Part shown: piece by piece, positions 24,125-34,611 of the stretch
How positions within the stretch are numbered: position 1 is the first letter of the stretch
Layout of the letters: each line of letters begins with the position of its first letter
Assembly (NCBI RefSeq): GCF_004010195.1
Contig: NC_057754.1
Span: forward strand, 5,799,767 to 5,849,133
Direction of reading: 5' to 3'
Origin: Chiloscyllium plagiosum
Taxonomy: Eukaryota
Length of the DNA: 49,367 nt
Notes under the pieces: generated by a model
What the model was told of the DNA's origin: nothing
Databases searched by the model: none
What the model saw: the letters and a program-made list of their open reading frames with translations, nothing else
Program-made: the position numbers and the translations under genes

Positions 24125-25410
24125 TAGACTCATACAGTCAGAGATGTACAGCATGGAACCAGACTCTTTGCTCTATATCCCTCCAAACTATTCCTATTCA
24201 TATACCCATACAGATGTCTTTTAAATGTTACAATAATACTAGCCTCCACCACTTCCTCTAGCAGCTCATTCCATACACGTACCACCCTCTGTCTGAAAAA
24301 GTTGTCCCTCAGGTCTCTTTTATATCTTTCCTCTCTCACGCTAAACCGATTTCCTTTAGTTGTCGACTCTCGCACTCCAGGGAAGAGACTTTGTCTATTC
24401 ATCCTATCCATGCCCTTTAAGATTTTATGAACCTCAACAAGGTCACCCCTCAGCTCCTGACACTCCAGGGAGAACAACCCTTACCTATTGAACTTCTCCC
24501 TGTAACTCAAATCCTCCGACTCTGGCAACATCATTGTAAGTCTTTTTTGAGACCTTTCAAGTTTCACGACATCTTTCCGATAGGAAGGAGACCAGAATTG
24601 CACGCAATATTCTAAAATTGGCCCAACCAATATCCTGTACATCGGCAACATCAGCCCCAACTCCTATACTCAATGCTCTGACGAATAATGGAAAGCATAC
24701 CAAGCATTTCCTTCATTATGCTATCTATCCGTGACTCCAGTTTCAAGGAGCTATGTACCTACAGTCCAAGGTCTGTTTGTTCAGCATTACTCTGGAGGAC
24801 CTTACCAATAAGTGTATAAGTTGTGGTAAGATTTGCTTTCCCAAAAATGCAGAATCTCGCATTTATCTAAGTTATGCTCCATATGCCAGTTTTCAGGCCA
24901 TTGGCCCATCTGATCAAGTTCCCGTTGTAATCTGAGGTACCCTTCTTCGCTGTCCACTACACCTCCGATTTGGTATCATCTGCAAACTTACTAACGGTAC
25001 CTCTTATGCTCACATCCGAATCGTATATATAAATGACGAAAAGTAGTCGGCCCAGCATCGATCCTTGTGGCACTCCACTGGTCAGAGGTCTCCAATCTGA
25101 AAAAACATCCTACCATAACCACCTATGTCTTCTTCCTTTGAACCAGTTCTGTATCCAAGTAGCTAATTCTCACTGTATTCGGTGAGATCTAAACTGGGTA
25201 AACAATCGAATCTGTTCGAACAACTTACTGAAGTTCATATCGAAGACGTCCACTGCTGTGCCCTCATCAATCCTCGTTGTTACTTCTTAAAAAAAAAACT
25301 CTATCAAGTTTGTGAGACATGGTTTCCCACGCACAAAGCCGTGTGACTATTCCAAATCAGTCCTTGCCTTTCCACATACATTTACATCCTGTCCTTCAGG
25401 ACTCCTTGAC
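24125..25410 (-). mobile_element. CR1 LINE, 5'-truncated, relatively young
   Basis: ORF 24130-24477 FSLECQELRGDLVEVHKILKGMDR..FFRQRVVRVWNEL; FADD motif (gtatcatctgcaaa) at ~24972-24985; [11 protein letters not shown] at ~25045-25080. Confidence 0.92.
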
Positions 25411-25599
25411 AAGTTTCTCAATCTTCACGTACAGTCAAACATTTTAGTGTGTTTATCCAGTCTTGGTCAGTTCTCCCCTCATGCCGTGTAATTGGCTTTG
25501 TTTTGATTTTGGATTGTTGCGTGTGTTTAGAACGAGCATTTATTTTATCATTTGTATTGATTTGTTGGTTATGTTGCATAACAGATCCATAATGATAAA

Positions 25600-26765
25600 A
25601 TTAAACAACAGTCCAGTACAAGAACAGGCCCTTCAGCCCAGCAAGCCCGCACTAACACATGATGTCATTCCAAAGTTAAAACAAAAGTATTTGCTCCAAT
25701 ACCTTCTATGTCATTCTATTCCTTACTTATTCATACTCGTGCCAAGATCCCTCTTAAACATTGCTATATTGGCTTCTTCCCCTCTAACAGTGCATTCCAG
25801 ACACTTTCACATTCTGTCTAGTATAGCAAAAAAAAAAAACACTTACCTATCACATCTCCTGAACTTTCTCCATTTTAACTAAAATCTACGGTCCTACACT
25901 GGGGGAAAAAGCCTCTAACTGTCCTTCTATCTATGCCGCTGATAATTTTATAAATATCTATCAGATAGACCCATAGCCAATGATGCCCAGGTGAAAACAA
26001 ACCATTTGTGTTCAATTTCTCCTTCTGACTAATACGCTCCAAACCAAACAACATGCTGGTAAAACTTTTCCATACCCTCTCCAAAATTTCAACATCTTGT
26101 GGCAACCAGTAGTGTACACAGTATTCTAAATGTACCTCGAACTAAGTTTCTCTACAGCTGCAATATGACCTGTTAATATTCATATTGCATGTTCCGATGC
26201 ATGTCTGCAAATTTTCCGTCAGTCTTCTTGATCACCCTATCCACCGTGTTGCCACTTTCAGAGAACTGTGGGAGCTGTACACCAAGATGCCTTCAGATGT
26301 TGATACAATCAGTAGTTTTTCCATCCACTTTGTACTTCTCTCTTGCATTAGACCTGCCAAAATTAATCACGTCACAATTGACCAAATAAAGTTACATCTG
26401 TGTTTTCTATGTCCAAGTCTGCAGATGATCTATATCCTGCTGTATTCTCTGGCAATCATCCTCACAATCTGCAACTCCGCCAATCTATTTAAAGATCTCC
26501 AGTCACAAAAACACTGTTCCATAACTAATCTGTCTTCAATGGCCAAGCAGTTCTCTATCCATCTTACTAACTGACCACCGACACAATTTCACTGCACCTT
26601 CTGTATGAGCCTGCCATAAGGAACCATATCGAAGACCTTGCTAAGGTCCAAATGGCCAACATCCAGCCCCATGCCCTCATCAATCAATTTTGTCACTTGC
26701 TCAAAATAATCAATCAAGTTTGTGATACATGATCCTCCCCACGCAACTGTGTTGCCTGTTGCTAG
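25600..26765 (-). mobile_element. CR1 LINE, 5'-truncated and internally deleted
   Basis: ORFs QDVEILERVWKSFTSML and GGSCITNLIDYFEQVTKLIDEGMGLDVGHLDLSKVFDMVPYGRL; 3' tail caagaacaggcccttcagccc. Confidence 0.9.
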
Positions 26766-26847
26766 TAAGTTCGTACAAGAGTACTGTTGGAGCTGCACTC
26801 ATTCAGACAAGTGATTATTCCATCATATTCCTGACTTGAACCTTGGA

Positions 26848-27130
26848 GATTAGATTAGATTCCCTACAGTGTGGAAACAGGCCCTTCGGCCTAACCAGTC
26901 CACACCATCCCACGGAAGAGGAACCCACCCATACCCGTTTCCTTCTGACTAAAATGCTTGAGAATTTAGTATGGCCAATTCACCTGGCCTGCGGTACGAA
27001 ACCCACGCAGACACCGGCGGGGGGGGGGGGTGAATGGGCAAACTCCACACAGACATTCGCCCCAGGCCAGAATCGAACTGAGGACTTTGCGCTGTGAGGT
27101 AGCAGTGCTAAGCACTGAGCCACCGCGCCG
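26848..27130 (-). mobile_element. Near full-length tRNA-derived SINE (HE1/V-SINE-like)
   Basis: Minus 5' end GGCGCGGTGGCTCAGTGCTTAGCACTG (A box), GTTCGATT (B box, 27071-27078), central GGTGAATTGGCCATACTAAATT, CR1-like tail ending (AATCT)n. Confidence 0.9.
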
Positions 27131-27139
27131 CGTTTTATG

Positions 27140-27253
27140 GCTGCCGTAGAGTGGGAGGGTAGCCGGGCCGTGATGGGTACTGTACAGCGAGAGGTATGTC
27201 AGGCTGTGATGGTAACTGTACAATGGGAGGAGGGGGGAAAGGACAAATGGAGG
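27140..27253 (+). repeat. ~36-bp tandem repeat (2-3 units) running into the gap
   Basis: gggagggtagccgggccgtgatgggtactgtacagc / gagaggtatgtcaggctgtgatggtaactgtacaat. Confidence 0.55.
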
Positions 27254-27753
27254 NNNNNNNNNNNNNNNNNNNNNNNNNNNNNNNNNNNNNNNNNNNNNNN
27301 NNNNNNNNNNNNNNNNNNNNNNNNNNNNNNNNNNNNNNNNNNNNNNNNNNNNNNNNNNNNNNNNNNNNNNNNNNNNNNNNNNNNNNNNNNNNNNNNNNNN
27401 NNNNNNNNNNNNNNNNNNNNNNNNNNNNNNNNNNNNNNNNNNNNNNNNNNNNNNNNNNNNNNNNNNNNNNNNNNNNNNNNNNNNNNNNNNNNNNNNNNNN
27501 NNNNNNNNNNNNNNNNNNNNNNNNNNNNNNNNNNNNNNNNNNNNNNNNNNNNNNNNNNNNNNNNNNNNNNNNNNNNNNNNNNNNNNNNNNNNNNNNNNNN
27601 NNNNNNNNNNNNNNNNNNNNNNNNNNNNNNNNNNNNNNNNNNNNNNNNNNNNNNNNNNNNNNNNNNNNNNNNNNNNNNNNNNNNNNNNNNNNNNNNNNNN
27701 NNNNNNNNNNNNNNNNNNNNNNNNNNNNNNNNNNNNNNNNNNNNNNNNNNNNN
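27254..27753. other. Assembly gap of exactly 500 N (likely scaffolding spacer)
   Basis: Run of N with a round-number length. Confidence 0.95.
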
Positions 27754-28038
27754 TAACAGGTTTGCTTTCTGAGGTGTTGAGGGCATGAATGTTCTGTCGA
27801 GGTTCTTTGGGGATAAACATACTGAGGGGATGGTTTCTGAGGTACTGAGGGAGCACTATCTGGTGGTATAGGGTGCAGAAGGTGGAATGGTACAGACACA
27901 CTTCCCTAATCATTTCCTCAGGGTCCCCAAGGCAGGCTGGGTGGTCATCTGAGATGGAAGCCACCACCCCCCCCCCCCCCGCCCCCGCCCCCCACATTTT
28001 AGAAGATTAGATCAATACTCAGTGAAAAATAACACAAA

Positions 28039-28220
28039 GGAGAAAGTGACGTCTGCGGATGCTGGAGATCAGAGCTGAAAATGTGTTGCTGGAAAAGCGC
28101 AGCAGGTCAGGCAGCATCTAGGGAACAGGAGAAGAAAGGCTTATGCCCGAAACGTCGATTCTCATGTTCCCTGGATGCTGCCTGACCTGCTGCGCTTTTC
28201 CAGCAACACATTTTTAGCAG
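28039..28220 (+). mobile_element. Young fold-back Penelope-derived short element with 12-bp TSD
   Basis: Inverted arms aaaatgtgttgctggaaaagcgcagcaggtcaggcagcatc / gatgctgcctgacctgctgcgcttttccagcaacacatttt; direct repeat AAATAACACAAA at 28027-28038 and 28221-28232; partial hammerhead gaaga-a-aggc-ttat-gccc-gaaacgtc. Confidence 0.88.
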
Positions 28221-28789
28221 AAATAACACAAACACTTGCCTTAAACATGGATTGATGGAAAGCTGTCATGAATCTATCATCACTTTGTTTGGACACGGTT
28301 TAGAAACGCAGGCACCCAAACAGACCAATGCTGTCGATGCAAGGGGTGCTGCACAGGAAGATCCAAGAAGTCATTTGCAGTTGATGCCTGTCTCCCTGCA
28401 AAGGCAGAGGTCATCATCCGAGATCAGGGTTCAGTCCTGGGAGAAATCATCACTCCATCAAAACCTCAACCATGCCTCTGAGTGTGTGTGTGTAAGGTTA
28501 TATTGTGTATCCAAGAAAAGAAATTTCAGGTTGATTAGTCCTTGATTTTCAAAAAAAAACTGGCAAAGACACAAATGTGAAAGCTTTTAAAAGCTGCAAA
28601 GCTCACTTAACTGGGGTAAAGTGAATGCTGTAAAGCTCCCAAAAGAGGTTGGGATGGAAGGAACAAGCAACATTAGATTGAGAAGCGATAATATCATTCA
28701 GGTGCAGAGGTATTGCTGGAATGTCTATTCAGGATTAACTAAGTCATTTCAGGAGAGGAGAAAACAATTCCAGATGGATCAAAAACACC

Positions 28790-28905
28790 TTGGAGATAGT
28801 TTCTCAACCAACCTGCTCAGTGATGGTATGATATTCCTCTGGACCAGGTGGGACTTGAACCTGGATCTCCTAGCTCAAAGGTAAAGACGCTGCGACTGTT
28901 CCTTT
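28790..28905 (-). mobile_element. Second tRNA-derived SINE family, head region
   Basis: Minus strand ...tacctttgagctaggagatccaGGTTCAAGTCCcacctggtccagagg (B box). Confidence 0.55.
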
Positions 28906-30745
28906 CTACCTTTCCCAAGCTGTACAAGAGACCTAACACTTGGCTGCAGACATCAATTAAAAACAGCGAGTGTGACAAGGTCTTCAAGAAGGAAGGAGGG
29001 AGAAACCAGAAATCTACAGGCCAATCAGTCTGACGGTGGGGAAACTGTTGGAATGAATACTTAGGGACAGAATGAATCTGCACTTGGAGCAGGCAGGGGT
29101 TAATCAAGAACAGTAGGTGTGGTTTTATTAAAGGAAGGTCATATCTGACCAACCTATTGAATTTATCAAAGAGGTGACCAGATGTGTAGGTGACAGCAAT
29201 GCATTTGGTGTAAGCTACTTGGAATTCAGTGGGGCTTTTGCTAAGGTCCTGCATGGGACACTGATGGCAAAGACAAGAGCCCATGGCATCCAAGGAAATT
29301 TGGCAAATTGGATTCACAATGGGCTGAGTGGCAAGAAGCAGAGGGTGATGGTTGAGATGTGCTTCTGTAACTGGAAGCTTGTGCCCAGTGGGATCTTGCA
29401 GAGGCCAGTATTTGGTCCTCGCAGTTTCTAGGTTTATAGAAATAACTTTCACTTGAAAGTTGAAGGATTGATCAGTGAGTTCACGGATGATATGAAAAGT
29501 AGTGTGCTGGCAAACAGTGAGGAAGATAGAATTAGACCATAGGAAGACAAACATGGTAAGGGAATACATGATGAACTATAGGGCCCTGGGAAGCACTGAA
29601 GATCAGAGGGACCTTGTTGTACATGTCCACCAGTCACTTAAACACTGGGACAGGTAGTAAAATCGCCTTTCCTTGTCAAGCACAGAGTTTGAGCTGAGAA
29701 GTTCTGTCGGAACTGTCGAAAACATTGGTTCGGGGACAGCTAGCTTGTTGTCTGCATTTCTGCAATCCACATTTAAGGAGGGATATGCTAGCACTCGAGA
29801 CTTGGAAGGATGTTGTCTGAGCTGGAGAGTTTCGGTTATGAAGAGAGACTGGAAAGATTGGGTCATTTTTCTTCGACCAGAGAGATTGAGAGGGGAGTCG
29901 CAGGTAGATAGGATAGTGAAGAAGGCATTTTGTATGCTTTCCCTTATTGGTCAGAGCATTGAATGAAGGAGTTTTCTGTGCAATTCTGCTCTGATTCATG
30001 TAGAAAGGATGTTGTGAAATTTGAAAAGGTTCAAGAAGGATTTACAAGGATGTTGCCAGGTTTGGAGGGATGGAACTACAGGGATGGCTGAATAGGCTGG
30101 AGCTGTTTTCCCTGGAGTGTTGGAGGCTGAGGAGTGACCTTCCAGACGTTTATAAAATCATGGAGGCATGGATAGAGTAAATAGACAAGGTCTTTTCCCT
30201 GGGGTGTGGTAGTCCAGAACTAGAGGCCATAGGTTTAGGGTGAGAGGGGAAAGATTTACAAGGTCCTAAGGGCCAACAGTTTCATGCAACAGGCCGTGCG
30301 TGTATGCAAGAGGAAGTGCAGGACAGTACGCGGATAGTAACATATAAAAGGTATCGGGAGGGGTATTAGAAAACTCCACCACCACCTGATGAAGGAGCAG
30401 CGTTGTGAAAGTTAGTGGTACCAAATAAATCAGTTGGACTATAACCTGGTGTTGTGTGATTTTTAACTTGAATTGGAAGGGATTAGAGGGCCAAGTGTTG
30501 GTAAATGGGACTAGGTTAATTTTGGATATAGGTCGGCATGGACGAGTTGAGCTGAAGGATCTGTTTCTGTGTTGTACATCTGTTTGACTCCATGACATCA
30601 TTGAGATGTATAAAATAATGAGAGGTGTTGATTGGTTACACAGTAAGGAAATATTTCCCTTGATGGAGGAACCAGTTAAGACAACTGGAAGGCACTGCAG
30701 ATATTTAAGGAGGGGCAGGAGACTTAAGGGGAATGTCAGTGATAA
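28906..30745 (+). mobile_element. Nested CR1 LINE fragments: old RT region 28906-29990, younger 3' end 29995-30595, older 3' piece 30596-30745
   Basis: YRPISL and GFIKGRSYLTNL motifs, SYLEFSGAFAKVLHG..GIQGNLANWIHNGL; 3' tail gtcggcatggacgagttgagctgaaggatctgtttc. Confidence 0.85.
30366..30470 (+). mobile_element. Penelope 3' terminal fragment with hammerhead motif (30383-30417) inserted in CR1
   Basis: CAC-CTGATGA-A-GGAGC-agc-GTTGT-GAAA-GTTA-GTG, then AATAAA and gttggactataacctggtgttgtgtgatttttaactt; stem II partly mismatched. Confidence 0.7.
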
Positions 30746-31535
30746 AGTCATACAGCATGGAAACAGACCTTTTGGTTCCCCCCATGTCAATGCCAAACAT
30801 AATCCCAAACAAAACTAGTCCCTCCGCCTGCTCCTGGCCCATATCCCTCCAATTCTTTCCTGTTTGTCCAAATACCTTTTAAACATTGGGACTGTACCCG
30901 CATCCATTAATTCCTCTGGAAGTTCATTCACACACGAACCACTCTCTGTGTAGAAAAAGGTGACCCTCATTCCCCTTTTTAAATCTTTCTCCTCTCACTT
31001 TAAAAATATGTCCCCTAGTCCTGAAGTCTAGGGGGGAATAAGCTCCCTAGTCCAAGGGGAAAATTTCCTCACTATCTACCTTATGAACACTTCTCATTAT
31101 TTTGTACATCTCAACCATGTCATCGAGTAATAGAGACGTACAGCACAGAAACAGATCCTTCAACCCAACTCGTCCATGCTGACTGGATATCCTAACTTTC
31201 CCGATTCCCATTTACCAGTACTCCTGTTCCCTGGATGCTGCCTGACCTGCTGTGCTGTTCCAGCAATAAAGTTTCAACTGAAGTCTATCACCCGAGGGAA
31301 AATACATCTGACATTCAACTTATATATGCCCCTAATTATATTGTAACCTCTGTTAAGGTCGCCCCTCAAACTTCAAGCTCCTTTCCATATAAGTCAAACT
31401 CTCCAGTCCTGGCAACATCTTGTAAATATTTTCTGAACAGTTTAACAATACCCCTCCTATAACAGGGAGACCAGAATTGGACACAGTATTCTAGAAGAGG
31501 CCTGTGCAACCTCAACATGATGCCCTAACTCCGAT
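30746..31535 (-). mobile_element. Nested minus-strand CR1 3' ends plus a Penelope arm fragment (31222-31280)
   Basis: gtcatacagcatggaaacagacctttt tail; aaggtcgcccctca; ccagaattggacacagtattc. Confidence 0.75.
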
Positions 31536-31694
31536 ACTCATGGTCTGTGTAATGAAGGAAAAAGGCTTTCACCCAGAGGGTGGTGAAAAACTGAATTCAC
31601 TGCCAGAAAGGTATTGCAGACAGAAGCTCTCAAATCATTGAAGAAGTATTCAGAAGTGCACTTGCAATGCCAAGACGTACAAGGTGATGGGTCT

Positions 31695-32135
31695 TGAAGA
31701 AGGAGAACCGTTGCTGCCGTTTTTGAATCTGTAGTCTGTACTGTTTGCCTAAACGTCAATTTTCCTGCTCCTCGGATGCTGCCTGACTTTAGATTAGATT
31801 AGATTACTTACAGTGTGGAAACAGGCCCTTCGGTCCAACAAGTCCACACCGACCCGCCAAAGCGCAACCTACCCATTCCCCTACATTTACCCCTTTTACC
31901 TAACATTACGGGCACTTTAGCATGGCCAATTCACCTGACCTGCACATCTTTGGACTGTGGGAGGAAACCGGAGCACCCGGAGGAAACCCACGCAGACTCC
32001 ACACAGTCAGTCGCCTGAGTCGGGAATTGAACCCGGGTCTCTGGCGCTGTGAGGTAGAGCTGACTTGCTGGGCTTTTCCAGCCCCACTCAAATCTAGACT
32101 CTGGTTTCCAGTATCTGCAGTCCCTGTTTTTACCT
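31695..32135 (+). mobile_element. Penelope-derived arm split by a SINE insertion
   Basis: aaacgtcaattttcctgctcctcggatgctgcctgac (to 31787) resumes as tgacttgctgggcttttccagc..ctgcagtccctgtttttacc after 32060. Confidence 0.75.
31790..32059 (-). mobile_element. Young HE1/V-SINE-like SINE, slightly 5'-truncated
   Basis: (TTAGA)n tail, catggccaattcacctgacctgcacatctttggactgtgggaggaaaccggagcacccggaggaaacccacgcag, B box; CTGACTT direct repeat at 31783-31789 and 32060-32066. Confidence 0.9.
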
Positions 32136-33023
32136 TATATAAAGCGATGGGCCGAGGGCTGAGAAATGAAGTTACCATAGTTTGATGGTTGTTTTTGACT
32201 GGCACAGAATCAATGGGCTGAAGGGACTTGTTCTGCACTGTAGACCGCTGCGATTCAAAAAAAAGGACAATGAAGAGACTTTCATTGAGGTGTTGGCACT
32301 AACAATTGTCAATGTGGAAGGGCCACAAGATTGAGCTTTATTCTGAAACACTATCAGATCTGGATTTGAACTCTGTTCTCGCTCGCTTCCGGACCTGCTA
32401 CATTTCTTCAGCACTCAGCGTTTATTTGTGGCTACAAAGAGGATCTAAGGCTGCAGAGGTGAAATCTGATGGTTTGTTAGATGTGGGAAGGCAAAGCAGA
32501 CACTTCCTGATTGAAAATGAAAACTCAAATATAGAATTGTGAGGCTGCTAATGTATATTTTTTTCCACAAATCCAGACGACACAAGTTTCTGTGCAACAG
32601 CAGATGCTTTATTATCGGAGTGCAGTGCGAGATTCTCCATGTCCCTGAAAGTAGTCGTGTGTCTACTTGTGGTGATACTTCTCCATGAATCTCTGCTCTA
32701 CATACAAAGGCAGTACTTTTTATGATGGGCAATTATCAGTTTACAAGGCCCAGTGAATGTCAATGTCCTGGGATAACGAGTGAATGGATTACAGCGACTG
32801 ATTGTCGGATTATTCATGATCATGTGTCAATGGGAAGAGATTAAAACTGAAGGATTTTGCCTGTTTTCAATGGGGAATTCACATCCCTATGCTAATACGG
32901 AGAGGAAGCAAGATAATGGGAGCAGGAGGTAATTTAACAGGGTTGTGGCCAAGGCTATCAGTCTTGGCTGGGGAGGACAAATACGTTTGCCTGAGGCTGC
33001 AGAGGAATCCACATGTGTGACTG

Positions 33024-33160
33024 CAATTAGATTAGATTACATTACAGTATGGAAACAGGCCCTTCGGCCCAACAAGTCCACACCGACCCGCCGAATCGCA
33101 ACCCACCCATACCCCTACACCCAACACTACGGGCAATTTAGCATGGCCAATGCACCTGAC
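33024..33160 (-). mobile_element. HE1/V-SINE-like SINE, 3' fragment
   Basis: attagattagattacattacagtatggaaacaggcccttcggcccaacaagtccacaccgaccc..aatttagcatggccaat. Confidence 0.88.
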
Positions 33161-33678
33161 CAATGGATTCTTTCTCTAAGATTCAGTTATCCTACTGAGA
33201 TGTTCTGTCTATTCTGTAATTGATACTGTAGTGAGTCTGTTTCACAGTGGAATGTTAACTCTTGAGTGCCCTGTATGCCTTGAAAGAGAATTAAAACATT
33301 GAACTGATCCCTTTCTGGCTTTATAATGTCCTCACCACAGTCAGGGATGCCAAACTCCTCCAGTCAGATATAAACCAGCCCCTCACTCACTGACACCAAT
33401 CACCCCCTGTCGAATATAAACCACCCCACAGGCACAAATCTCCCCATGTCTGATTTCACCCTGCCCCACAGACAGTGACAACATTTTCCTCCAATCTGAT
33501 ATAAACCAACCCCACAGACACTGACAATAATCTCTGCCTGTCTGATATAAACCAGACCCACAGTCCCTGACACCAACCTCCCCCTGTCTGATATAAACCA
33601 GACCCACAGTCCCTGACACCAATCTCCCCCTGTCTGATATAATCCAGCCTCACAGTCACTGACGCCAATCACCTCCAA

Positions 33679-33773
33679 GGTAAAAACAATGACTGCAGAT
33701 GCTGGAAACCAGATTCTGGATCAGTGGTGCTGGAAGAGCACAGCAATTCAGGCAGCATCTGAGGACAGGCAAC
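33679..33773 (-). mobile_element. Penelope-derived terminal fragment inserted in the satellite
   Basis: ggtaaaaacaatgactgcagatgctggaaaccagattctggatcagtggtgctggaagagcacagc. Confidence 0.75.
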
Positions 33774-33954
33774 CCAGTCACTGACACCAATCTCCTCCTG
33801 TCTGATATAAAGCAGCCCCACAGTCACTGACAGCAATTACCTTCTGTCTGACATAAACCAGCCCCACAGTCACTGACACAAATCTCCCCCGTCTGATATA
33901 AACCAGCCCCACAGACACTGACACCAATCTCTGACTGTCTGATATAAACCAACT

Positions 33955-34268
33955 AGGTAAAAACAAGGACTGCAGATGCTGGAAAACAGAGTCCAGAAGA
34001 GAGTGGTGCTGAAAAAGCATGGCAGGTCAGGCAGCATCCGAGGAGCAGGAAAATCGATGTGTCGGGCAAAAGTCCTTCATCAGGAATAAAGGCAGGGAGC
34101 CTGCTGAGTGGAGAGATCTTGCAGAGAGAGGAGGAAAGCCTCTTCAAGGCAGGCACCCTTGCAAGAGGATTCGCAGTAGGCTTAAAACCAACTAGATAAA
34201 GACAAGGACTGCAGATGTTGGAAACCAGAGTCTAGATTAAAGTGGTGCTGGAAAAACAAAGGTAACGT
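33955..34268 (-). mobile_element. Two nested Penelope-derived terminal fragments in the satellite
   Basis: Outer direct repeat TGATATAAACCAACT at 33940-33954 and 34269-34283; inner copy bounded by aaaccaacta; minus-strand CTGATGA at 34077-34083 with GAAA mutated to GACA. Confidence 0.78.
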
Positions 34269-34509
34269 TGATATAAACCAACTCCACAGTCACTGACAAC
34301 AATCTCCTCCTGTGTGATATAAACCAGTTCTACAGTAACTGACACCAATTCCCCCATGTCTGATATAAACCAGCCCCACAGTCACTGACGCCAATCTCCC
34401 CTGTCTGAGAAAAACCAGCCCACAGTCACTGACGCCAATCTCCCCCTGTCTGATATAACCCAGCCCCACAGACACTGACGCCAATCTCCCCCTGTCTGAT
34501 ATAAACCAG

Positions 34510-34611
34510 CAATGGAAATGTGTTGCTGGAGAAGCGCAGCAGGTCAGGCAGCATCTAGGGAACAGGAGAATCGACGTTTCGGGCATTAGCCTTCCTGAAG
34601 AAGGGCTAATG
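34510..34611 (+). mobile_element. Fold-back Penelope-derived element; right arm lost in gap
   Basis: Left arm ...gaatcgacgtttcgggcattagcc turns into ttcCTGAAGAagggctaatg, then N. Confidence 0.8.

Noticed and set aside
26848..27130. tRNA gene suggested by A and B boxes
   Set aside because: It is the tRNA-derived head of a SINE, with body and tail attached
26966..27997. 343-aa and other ORFs spanning 27254-27753
   Set aside because: Artefacts of reading through the 500-N gap
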